Part shown: one piece after another, positions 35,869 through 43,380 of the stretch | Layout of the letters: every line of letters starts with the position of its first letter | Numbering within the stretch: the first letter of the stretch is position 1 | Virus record (IMG/VR): IMGVR_UViG_3300018050_001064 | Location: 1-43,380 of that record | Origin: a virus | Taxonomy: Duplodnaviria; Caudoviricetes | Length of the DNA: 43,380 bases | Reading direction: 5' to 3' (one strand) | Translations under genes and position numbers: made by a program | The notes under the pieces: model-generated | Database searches by the model: none | What the model saw: the letters and a program-made list of their open reading frames with translations, nothing else | What the model was told of the DNA's origin: nothing

Positions 35869-36801
35869 TTAGTTAATCCACGGCGGGAGGGTGAACGAGG
35901 TCACGCCCTTCGTGTGGACAGGGAAGTCGTTGTTGGCGATGCAGACGGAGAGGTTCTCCATCAGACGCTGACGGATTGCAAACGCTTTCTCAAGCGAACC
36001 AGCATCGAGTTCGTAGAGAGCCGTGCAATACGGCGGGTTCTTTTCCGCCGCAATGAAGATGAACTTCTGGATGGGAATGCCAGCCTTACGGCAGATAGCG
36101 ATATAGTGGCAGGCTTGCATCCAATAGCCCATCTGCATAAACGACTTGTTGAAGCCGTCAGCGGATGCGTCCTCACAGGTTTTTAGGTCACAGATAACTG
36201 TGTTGTCCATCGTGATGAGGTCGGCACGACCTTTGCAAACGATGTCCAGACCATTGACCTTCTCCACGGAGACGATGGAGACTTCGACCTTGGCGGAAGC
36301 GTGAGTGAGGTAAGGCTCGACCTCCTTGTTGGAGCGAACGCTCGTAGCCATACCCTGCACCTGTGCGTATTCGTCCTGCGACAGGATAATCTTGCCCTCG
36401 TTCTTGGCGTAAAAGTCCTTCCACCAAGCGATGGCGGTCACCGCATCTTCGCTCGGCTTCTTGGCATCCATCTGTGCCTTGGTAGGCTTCTTCGGAGCGT
36501 CGTCGGGGACGACAACGATTTCCTCGTTGAACTTGTGAGGCTCGAAGACGGCGAGGTGCGTAGCCGTGCCGATGTGCATCGCCTTGGTAGACGGCTCGGA
36601 GGGGCTGGTCATCCAATGCCAGAAGTGTGCGGGAGATTTGCGGAGCATCATCAGACCACTCTTGGTCAAGCCAAGGATACGATGGTAGTCTTCCGCTTGG
36701 ATGTTGTCATACGAACCCTGTGCGAGCGAGGGTGCGTCTTGCTTCCCGCCAGAGGCAAGGGCAAAAGTGTTGAGGGCAGGAGTAGTTGCGTCGTTAGTCA
36801 T
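35869..36801 (-). CDS. RecE/exonuclease VIII-like PD-(D/E)XK nuclease
   Basis: KSPAHF, GTATHLAVFEP, CKGRAD, DLKT and YWMQACHY motifs; start re-assigned to ATG 36801. Confidence 0.85.
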   Translation of the reverse strand: MTNDATTPALNTFALASGGKQDAPSLAQGSYDNIQAEDYHRILGLTKSGLMMLRKSPAHFWHWMTSPSEPSTKAMHIGTATHLAVFEPHKFNEEIVVVPDDAPKKPTKAQMDAKKPSEDAVTAIAWWKDFYAKNEGKIILSQDEYAQVQGMATSVRSNKEVEPYLTHASAKVEVSIVSVEKVNGLDIVCKGRADLITMDNTVICDLKTCEDASADGFNKSFMQMGYWMQACHYIAICRKAGIPIQKFIFIAAEKNPPYCTALYELDAGSLEKAFAIRQRLMENLSVCIANNDFPVHTKGVTSFTLPPWIN

Positions 36802-36841
36802 AGTCGTAGGAATGGCTGTTGTGCTGGTTAACGCCTCTCTG

Positions 36842-37675
36842 TCAAGAGGCATTCACGATACCTTCGAGGATGCCGACAATCTTCGAGGGGTTAGAGAGGA
36901 TACGCTGTGCGGTCATCGCATCGAGGTCTCGGTAAGTCTTGCTTTCCTTGATGAGTTTCTTCTCGATGAGGTAGTTCGTGGCGTGAGGCTCGAACTTGGA
37001 GAGCACTTCGTCCAGACGGGCGATGACAGCCTGTGCGGGGTCAACCACGACTTCGGTCTTCTGCTCCACACGCTGATACTCCACGGGCTTGGGCAGGGGC
37101 TTGTCCTGCGAGGAGAAGTCGGAGACCTCTTCGGGAGTGTAGATGCCAGAGATGATTTGCGGAGCGAGGAGACGGACGGCTTCGGAGACATTGCGAGCCG
37201 TGAGCATCTGCTTCGGGAACTTACGCCAATTGTCCTTGAGACCACCCTTGGCGGACATAGCGATGCCGTTGTTCTTGAACTCTTCGAGGGTCGAGGCGAT
37301 TTCGACATCGTTGCCATCCTTCGACCAGATAGCACGCACTTCGACATCGGAGCGGACGAGCCACTTGACCTTACCGCCCGTAGTGAGATAGCGACCCAGC
37401 ATAGCATCGGCTCGCATCGTCAACTTACCCTCGATAATGTGATAGGTCTTGGCGAGTTCGAGCGGGGCTTTGCCTTCAGCGAGGCATTGCATCGCCAGCA
37501 CCATACCCTGTTCGGGCTTGACGCAACCGAACATACCAGAAGCCCAAATCATCTCGCCCATCTTCTCGATGGCTTGGATGGGGTCGGTGATTTTGTTGTA
37601 GATGCCAACGCTGTTGGATGCGTTGGTGAGGTTGGAGTTGACCTCGATGATTTCTCCGTTGTTTTCGTGAGACAT
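36842..37675 (-). CDS. RecT-like single-strand annealing protein
   Basis: YHIIEGK, NWRKFPKQML, GIYTPEE motifs; paired with the RecE-like gene; start at ATG 37675. Confidence 0.75.
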   Translation of the reverse strand: MSHENNGEIIEVNSNLTNASNSVGIYNKITDPIQAIEKMGEMIWASGMFGCVKPEQGMVLAMQCLAEGKAPLELAKTYHIIEGKLTMRADAMLGRYLTTGGKVKWLVRSDVEVRAIWSKDGNDVEIASTLEEFKNNGIAMSAKGGLKDNWRKFPKQMLTARNVSEAVRLLAPQIISGIYTPEEVSDFSSQDKPLPKPVEYQRVEQKTEVVVDPAQAVIARLDEVLSKFEPHATNYLIEKKLIKESKTYRDLDAMTAQRILSNPSKIVGILEGIVNAS

Positions 37676-37694
37676 AGTGCGTTGTGCGAAACCT

Positions 37695-37723
37695 GTTATG
37701 GGTAGTCGCACGCACTTCGTCAA
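37695..37723 (-). promoter_or_regulatory. sigma70-type promoter
   Basis: TTGACG-N17-CATAAC. Confidence 0.65.
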
Positions 37724-37792
37724 CGGGCATTTTTGTGTGTGAACAAACTTTCCTTCACACTCCTATCATAAGGTGACACTTCGCAATGGTGA

Positions 37793-38113
37793 ATGGTCAA
37801 GCAAATCTCCGTGTTCGAGCCTCAAGAAATTGGAGGAAAGACAATCCCTCCGCTCTGCGAGCCTGTCGATAACGACAACATCAGCACATCTGTTGCGGCC
37901 GCTACGAACCTCATCTGGTTCGCAATGAACATCGCACTCGCCAAGGGAGACAGGATGGAAGCAGGCAAACTCGCCCGTATGATTGAAGCCATCGTGGAGA
38001 TTGAGGTCGAGGATATGGAGGAAGGCTCGTCGGACGACTATCAAGCAACGCTGGACATTCTCAACGAAGTCCTCGATGATGCCGACGATGAAGACCCGCC
38101 TCTTCCCGATTAA
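37793..38113 (+). CDS. Hypothetical protein
   Basis: 106 aa, acidic C-terminus. Confidence 0.6.
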   Translation: MVKQISVFEPQEIGGKTIPPLCEPVDNDNISTSVAAATNLIWFAMNIALAKGDRMEAGKLARMIEAIVEIEVEDMEEGSSDDYQATLDILNEVLDDADDEDPPLPD

Positions 38114-38564
38114 TCTGTTCCTGCTCTTGATGATGCCTACCATCGGGATGGGGTTCGACTATAATAGTCTCGCATCTGCCGTAGCGGTTGCGGAGAGCAA
38201 CAACAACACGCAAGCAGTCGGCGACTCTGGCAAGGCAAGAGGAGCATACCAGATGTGGCGTGTCGCTTGGGAACAGGTGAACAAGGAACGAACCAAGGAG
38301 AAGAAGTATCGCTACCCGTGGGCATACGCACACGACGCTTATGTCTCTCGCCAATACGCAATCGAGTATCTCCGCTGGTGCGGAATGGTTCTCGAAAAGG
38401 AACTCGGAAGGAAGCCCTACTATTGGGAGGTCTACGCCTCATACGCACGGGGTCCGTCTTGCTTCCGTGACGACCACGACTACAAGTATTCCGAACTCCC
38501 CGCTCGCACCAAGCGAGCCATCGGCATCATCGCCGCACAACTCAAAGAACTACCTCCACGATGA
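38088..38564 (+). CDS. Lysozyme-like / lytic transglycosylase with N-terminal signal
   Basis: AVAVAES...AVGDSGKARGAYQM catalytic-type motif; hydrophobic N-terminus from ATG 38088. Confidence 0.7.
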   Translation: MKTRLFPINLFLLLMMPTIGMGFDYNSLASAVAVAESNNNTQAVGDSGKARGAYQMWRVAWEQVNKERTKEKKYRYPWAYAHDAYVSRQYAIEYLRWCGMVLEKELGRKPYYWEVYASYARGPSCFRDDHDYKYSELPARTKRAIGIIAAQLKELPPR

Positions 38565-39064
38565 GCAAACTAATCTGCATCGACAGCGGAGCCAATGGTG
38601 GCATCTGCGTCTGGGACTTGAAGACCCATACCTTCGTCCTTGAGAAACTCACGGGCGACACGATGGAGACGCTGAAGCCCGTCCTCGATAAGCACTTTGC
38701 CGTGACGGCGGAGGTTGAGACTGTGGTCATCGAGCGTCCACCTCGCTTTATGGGAACGATGATTCCAGCGGCACGCATCGCAGTCCTGTTCGAGGCGTTC
38801 GGAATCACTCTTGGTTATCTGGCGGCGAAGAACCTACGACCCATTGAGGTCACGCCGACGGAGTGGCAACGCCACATCCGAGACGAGAAGGGCATCAAGC
38901 GTGGCGAGATTAAGCACAGCGATTGGAAGAAGCAACTGACCCTCTACGCCAAGGAGCATTACGGCGTGCGGAAAGACCTAACCAACCAGACGGCGGACGC
39001 TCTCCTGCTCGCCGATTGGTATTTCAATGTGCATAACCCGCTCCTGCGGAAGCCACAGGCTTAA
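38561..39064 (+). CDS. RuvC-like Holliday junction resolvase
   Basis: ICIDSG, VVIE, PTEWQ and ADALLLA motifs. Confidence 0.8.
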   Translation: MSKLICIDSGANGGICVWDLKTHTFVLEKLTGDTMETLKPVLDKHFAVTAEVETVVIERPPRFMGTMIPAARIAVLFEAFGITLGYLAAKNLRPIEVTPTEWQRHIRDEKGIKRGEIKHSDWKKQLTLYAKEHYGVRKDLTNQTADALLLADWYFNVHNPLLRKPQA

Positions 39065-39077
39065 GCATTACGCTTCG

Positions 39078-39794
39078 TCAGTCTTCGACGAAGGTGTTAA
39101 GGACGATGGCAATCTTCTTCATCTTTGTCTCCATCGCCCTGTTGTTAGGCATTCCCTTGACCGCAAACCAATTGCGTTCCTCGTATCGGTCTTCTGGGTC
39201 ATCGGAGTTCAGTAGCGGGCTTCCATAACGAACCAACTCCCACGCCTTCTGCTCCTTGTTATAGACGGCTTGGAACGAACCCTTTCTGTATCCGTTGCCA
39301 CCTTGACCAAGCATTTCGTATGTAGGATTCTTACCAACCTTCTGTGCCTCAAAGTAATTGCTCAACGCACGCACCAGCATCGGGTCATCCTTGCGGAGCA
39401 TCGTATCGCCAGCCTCCTTCAACTCCTTGTTGAACTGCTCCTGCTCGCTGTAAAAGCCTCTTGGCTTCAGTAACTCCATAGGTAGCCCCTTCTCCTTGAA
39501 CAGGGCAAAAGCCTCCTTGGCTTTGTCTTCACCACCCAACGAGGCGACCAATCTTGCTTGGTCTCGCTTCGCCAGCACATTTTGTGCGTCGGCGACCGCA
39601 TCCTTTGTTCGGTTCTCCTTACTCTGGATTTCCGACACTACATAGATAGGCACATAGACAGCATCCTTCTGCTGAAGACCAAAGTCCACCTCGCCCTTCA
39701 CGGGCGGAGGGGTCGTTCGTTGGGTTCGCTCGAAGTCACGATAGACCTCGCTCCGTGCGGAACGACCCTCTCGGCTGTTAGAGCCTCTTGCCAC
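39078..39794 (-). CDS. MARG-leader family protein
   Basis: GTG start, MARGSNSREGRSARSE. Confidence 0.8.
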   Translation of the reverse strand: MARGSNSREGRSARSEVYRDFERTQRTTPPPVKGEVDFGLQQKDAVYVPIYVVSEIQSKENRTKDAVADAQNVLAKRDQARLVASLGGEDKAKEAFALFKEKGLPMELLKPRGFYSEQEQFNKELKEAGDTMLRKDDPMLVRALSNYFEAQKVGKNPTYEMLGQGGNGYRKGSFQAVYNKEQKAWELVRYGSPLLNSDDPEDRYEERNWFAVKGMPNNRAMETKMKKIAIVLNTFVED

Positions 39795-39797
39795 GGA

Positions 39798-40562
39798 TTA
39801 GATGTAATCGAGTGAATCGACGACCTTGCCACCTACACGGAAGGAAACTTGTGGCATACTTGTGTATCCGAAGCCATCACCATAATACTCCGTCTGCGTC
39901 TGGGTCATAGAACGACCAAGGTTTCTGACGGCATTACGAAGTTCGGAGCGTTTCGGCAATTCCGTGCCTTCTGGGAAGTCGATGCGAATCTCATCCTTGC
40001 GTGAACCCTTGAAGGTGACCTTGGCTTCACGATACTTGTCGCCAAATGTGCCTTCCTTGAGTCCTTCCTTAACGGATGTTAGGAACTGCTCCGCACGACC
40101 CTTGCCGTCAAGGTTGCCGTTGTAGAGAATACCCGTCTGGACTACATAGTTACCAGAATCCGAGGTCTTCACTCTTTCGCCAAGTTTCTCAAAGAACTCC
40201 TTGTCCGTCTTGGAACTCTTGGTGATTTCACCAAGCATAGCAAAACGCTCTTGGGCATCCTTGTTGTTGCGATTCCATCTCTCGATTTCAAACCCCTTAA
40301 GACCCGCAGGGGCGGGCTTTTCAAACAATGTCGAAGAGGTGCTGAACACCTTTTCCTTTGCTTGGTATGTAGGTGTCTTCTCAAACACATCATTGAGTTT
40401 CTTGCCCAAGGGGCTTGTTTCGCCTGCGGTCGTCCGTGTGAAGGCTGTCAAATCAAGACCCGGCGGCTTGTAGTTGGGGTCTGGAGCCGGGGGCGGGGGA
40501 ATGATGTCGTTCACCGAACTTCTGGCGGTGCGACCTGTTGAAGCATTTTGACCTCTTGCCAT
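39798..40562 (-). CDS. MARG-leader family protein
   Basis: Begins MARGQNASTGRTARSS followed by a Pro-rich linker. Confidence 0.8.
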   Translation of the reverse strand: MARGQNASTGRTARSSVNDIIPPPPAPDPNYKPPGLDLTAFTRTTAGETSPLGKKLNDVFEKTPTYQAKEKVFSTSSTLFEKPAPAGLKGFEIERWNRNNKDAQERFAMLGEITKSSKTDKEFFEKLGERVKTSDSGNYVVQTGILYNGNLDGKGRAEQFLTSVKEGLKEGTFGDKYREAKVTFKGSRKDEIRIDFPEGTELPKRSELRNAVRNLGRSMTQTQTEYYGDGFGYTSMPQVSFRVGGKVVDSLDYI

Positions 40563-40580
40563 AGTAAGCCTTGCCTATTG

Positions 40581-40994
40581 TCAACGGGGCAGGCGAAACA
40601 TCCGTTTGTCGTCCCCCATCACGAACCCGAACTTCTCGTAGAGGGCGATGAGTTCTTTCTTACCAAGTTTGCGGACTCTCACCGAATAGCGACTTAAGGG
40701 ATACGGGGTTGGCGTGAGGTCGGTGATGCCTACCTTGTATTTGTCTGCGAATTGGCATATCTTTCCGATGACCATCGAACCACCACCCGTGTCCATAGCC
40801 CGTATGGAGTCTATGATGAGGTCGTCCCCGTCCTTGGTGAGCCGTAGCGTCCCTCGGATTAAGTCGCCTTGCTGGTTGACCCCCGTGGAGAGGATGGAAT
40901 GCCTACTATCGTTATAAGGCGAGGGTGAACCAAAGATGTCCTGTGTCTCCAGCAGGCTTAAGCCCGTGACCCGTGCGAAATCCTTTATTCGCAT
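40581..40994 (-). CDS. GNAT-like protein without leader
   Basis: IDSIRAMDTGGGS...FADKYKV...LYEKFGFV resembles 6515..7063. Confidence 0.55.
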   Translation of the reverse strand: MRIKDFARVTGLSLLETQDIFGSPSPYNDSRHSILSTGVNQQGDLIRGTLRLTKDGDDLIIDSIRAMDTGGGSMVIGKICQFADKYKVGITDLTPTPYPLSRYSVRVRKLGKKELIALYEKFGFVMGDDKRMFRLPR

Positions 40995-41257
40995 TACGAG
41001 GGTAGCGTGCCGATAACTGCCCGAACCCTGTCGATAGCCTCGACAGCCATCTTGGCGGCGTGAAGACGCTCTTGCCCGCTCGTGTCCTGCCCAGCCAACA
41101 GGTATGGAGTCTTGTCCAATGTGTTCTGATTTACGAGTAGGTTAATGTTCTGCTGTGCCGCCTTGAGGTCAGCAATACAGGTAGCCAGCATACGCCTGTG
41201 CGTGTTCAAGTCTGGTGTCCCCATTCTGGAGAGAACCACGATGCTTTCCTCGCTCAT
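40994..41257 (-). CDS. Hypothetical protein
   Basis: 87 aa, TAATG coupling. Confidence 0.6.
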   Translation of the reverse strand: MSEESIVVLSRMGTPDLNTHRRMLATCIADLKAAQQNINLLVNQNTLDKTPYLLAGQDTSGQERLHAAKMAVEAIDRVRAVIGTLPS

Positions 41258-41265
41258 TGGCGGGC

Positions 41266-41634
41266 TTACTTTTGCTTCTTCGGTGCGGGAGCAGGGGCAG
41301 ACTCACGGATGGTAGGCATCTTCGGGTCTGCTTGGTCTTTTTCGTGCTGTTCAAGCACTTGGCGTGCCTTCTGCACTTCTTGCTGTCTGGCTTCAAACTC
41401 CTTGGCGATACGCTTGAACTCCTTGTCGATGGTCTTCGGGTCGGTCGCCTGTTGCCAGCGGGCGTGTAGGATTTGGCTGTGCTTCTCGCCCTTAATCCAA
41501 GCGTTCATCACATCCTCACCACATTCAATGATACGCTGACGGGCAATCTGCTCAACGGAAGCCATCTGCTTCAGTTGGGCTACTTGAGCCGTAAGGGTCA
41601 TAATAAGTTGTGTTGCTTCTTCGCAGGCTTGCAT
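41266..41634 (-). CDS. Hypothetical protein
   Basis: 122 aa, helical. Confidence 0.6.
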   Translation of the reverse strand: MQACEEATQLIMTLTAQVAQLKQMASVEQIARQRIIECGEDVMNAWIKGEKHSQILHARWQQATDPKTIDKEFKRIAKEFEARQQEVQKARQVLEQHEKDQADPKMPTIRESAPAPAPKKQK

Positions 41635-41640
41635 AGGTCG

Positions 41641-42261
41641 TTACTTGGTAAGTTCCTCGTAAATGTCGTTAACCATAACACGAACGCTCTTCGTGTCATA
41701 TTGGGAGACCTTCTTTTCTCCCGAATCACCCGCACCCTTGCTCGACTTGGCTGAAGACGAGACCATTTGCACGACTTGTTCGGCATACTGCTTCGCCTTG
41801 GTGCTAGGAATAGAGCCAAAATCACGCATCGTGGACTTGATAGAGTCTTCCAAGTCAGCAATCTTCTGGTCGTATTGAGCCTCGACCGCACGGGGGGACT
41901 CTTCACCGCCCTTGGCGATGTCATCCATACGGGATTGTCTTGCCGAGCGAAGGTAGGCAAGTTCCACAGAGTCAGTCACCAAGCCAGCGGCAAGGTCTTT
42001 CGCACTTGAGCCAGCAAACTTGAGCATCTTGTCGTCCTTATCGAGGTCTGCCGAAATAGTGTTCAACAGGTTCTTCACATCGTCAGACACGACGGCGTTC
42101 TTGACCGAATTGATGTCGATTCGACCATCCGAGCCGACAATCTTAAAATCCTTGGACGCTTCGGCAACCTTGCTCGAATTGCGGTTAGACCACGGAGTGT
42201 CTCGTGTAGGAGACTCGCTCCTCGCCGCTCTTCCCCCAGATGCTGTTGAACCTCGTGCCAT
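41641..42261 (-). CDS. MARG-leader family protein
   Basis: Begins MARGSTASGGRAARSE. Confidence 0.8.
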   Translation of the reverse strand: MARGSTASGGRAARSESPTRDTPWSNRNSSKVAEASKDFKIVGSDGRIDINSVKNAVVSDDVKNLLNTISADLDKDDKMLKFAGSSAKDLAAGLVTDSVELAYLRSARQSRMDDIAKGGEESPRAVEAQYDQKIADLEDSIKSTMRDFGSIPSTKAKQYAEQVVQMVSSSAKSSKGAGDSGEKKVSQYDTKSVRVMVNDIYEELTK

Positions 42262-42286
42262 AGATGCCCGTGGTTATCTGTCCACC

Positions 42287-43006
42287 TTACTTGGTCGGAG
42301 GGGGTGGAGGAGTCGGAGGTGTTGCACCGCCCGCAAGGCGAGCCTGTCGCTTCTTGAGGAGAGCCTTCGCACCAAGGTCAGAACGAAACTCCTTGGCGGC
42401 GATTTCGGACGCACCACCGGGATTGACATCAGAACCTTGCGTATTTCCGCCAAAAATGAACCTCGGACCACCGCCAGAAGACATCCACCAAGGACGCTCC
42501 TGTGCCGCCTGTTGGACTTCCTTTTCCTCTTTAGGTTCTGTTGACTTCGGGTCTTTCTTACCCTTCTTGGCGTTTGCTGGGTTCTTTGCGGAGTTAGCCG
42601 CACCAGCGGCGGACTGCTTACCACGGACATAACGCTCCCAAGCCTCTTGGCGTGCCTTTTCAGCCTCCTGCTCGGAGGCAAATTGTGCCTTATCCTGCTT
42701 GGTTTGTAGGTAATCCTTGAAAGCCTTCTCGGCGGCTTCGTTTGCCGCCAATTCCGCCTGTGCTTCAGCCGACTCAAGAGCCTGCGTGTTGCTTGCTGGA
42801 GGAGTTGGTGCTGGCGTAGTCGGAGACGGGGTCGGTGCAGGAGCGGGGGCTGGCTGGTTCGCCTGCGGGGATGTAGGAGCAGTCGCAGGGGGCATATTGC
42901 CACCCGTCGCCGCCTGTTGCTTCAAGGCTTCGGTGTTTCCACGGATGAGTTCTCCGATTTTACCCTCGGATAACGCATTTCTGCCTGCTCCTCGTCCTCG
43001 TGCCAT
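42287..43006 (-). CDS. MARG-leader family protein (Pro/Ala-rich, low complexity)
   Basis: Begins MARGRGAGRNALSE. Confidence 0.75.
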   Translation of the reverse strand: MARGRGAGRNALSEGKIGELIRGNTEALKQQAATGGNMPPATAPTSPQANQPAPAPAPTPSPTTPAPTPPASNTQALESAEAQAELAANEAAEKAFKDYLQTKQDKAQFASEQEAEKARQEAWERYVRGKQSAAGAANSAKNPANAKKGKKDPKSTEPKEEKEVQQAAQERPWWMSSGGGPRFIFGGNTQGSDVNPGGASEIAAKEFRSDLGAKALLKKRQARLAGGATPPTPPPPPTK

Positions 43007-43009
43007 AGG

Positions 43010-43369
43010 TTATTTCTTTTTGTATTTCTCGATGGTGTATTTGATATTGGACAACTCCGTGTTGGAGTCGCCACCAGATTCGGAGAACTTAACATTCGCC
43101 TCAATCTTCATCAAGTATGTTTCACCGCCAAATTGGAAGTTCATCGTTTCCGATGTGTATTTCGGGGCTACACGCCCATCTTCGGCATCAAGAGAAACCG
43201 ACTGTCCAATGTCTCGTAGGGCAAGCCGTCTGGCTGATTTAAAGGCATTGTCCGCCTTCATAGCATCCGTCGGAACAAGACCCTCGTAGACGGGCTTCAA
43301 GGGAGAACCAAGAGGCGGGGCTTCACTTCTTGCCGACCGACCTTCTCGACTGTTTGAGCCTCGTGCCAT
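43010..43369 (-). CDS. MARG-leader family protein
   Basis: Begins MARGSNSREGRSARSE. Confidence 0.8.
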   Translation of the reverse strand: MARGSNSREGRSARSEAPPLGSPLKPVYEGLVPTDAMKADNAFKSARRLALRDIGQSVSLDAEDGRVAPKYTSETMNFQFGGETYLMKIEANVKFSESGGDSNTELSNIKYTIEKYKKK

Positions 43370-43380
43370 TAGAAGTCGGA

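Noticed and set aside
25072-37705. Long antisense ORFs 25072..25887, 26383..27381 and 36701..37705
   Set aside because: They mirror well-supported genes on the other strand
29040-43369. CRISPR-, integron- or DGR-like explanation for the repeated gene starts
   Set aside because: Repeats are synonymous-divergent coding sequence; no attC-like palindromes, integrase, cas or reverse transcriptase in the window

Overview
A 43 kb segment of a tailed dsDNA phage with a lambda-type head module and probably a non-contractile tail. The minus strand carries terS, GpA-type terL, gpW-like protein, lambda-family portal, S49 protease, a long scaffold, major capsid, neck/tail genes and tape measure. The window also holds a primase-helicase, RecE/RecT-like recombination genes, DUF932, two HNH nucleases, a RuvC-like resolvase and a lysozyme-like gene. 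No integrase, CRISPR array or rRNA was seen. Three things stand out. (1) At least 14 otherwise unrelated minus-strand genes, plus 2 degenerate ones, begin with a shared 14-19 aa leader, M-[AS]-R-G-x(3-8)-G-R-x-A-x-S-E, conserved at protein rather than DNA level. I infer it is a capsid-targeting/protease-cleaved tag for a library of virion cargo proteins (GNAT-like, JAMM-like, unknown); the scaffold's KKGKKAE repeats echo it. (2) A G-[TC]-N-GACA motif sits 14-17 nt before the ATG of many of these genes and is a candidate late promoter. (3) A 2.3 kb island between terL and gpW has no convincing genes and instead holds an array of structured and tRNA-like RNAs punctuated by five boxA-like elements; a NusG-KOW-like protein is encoded elsewhere in the window. 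All functional calls come from motif recognition by eye, with no database searches.
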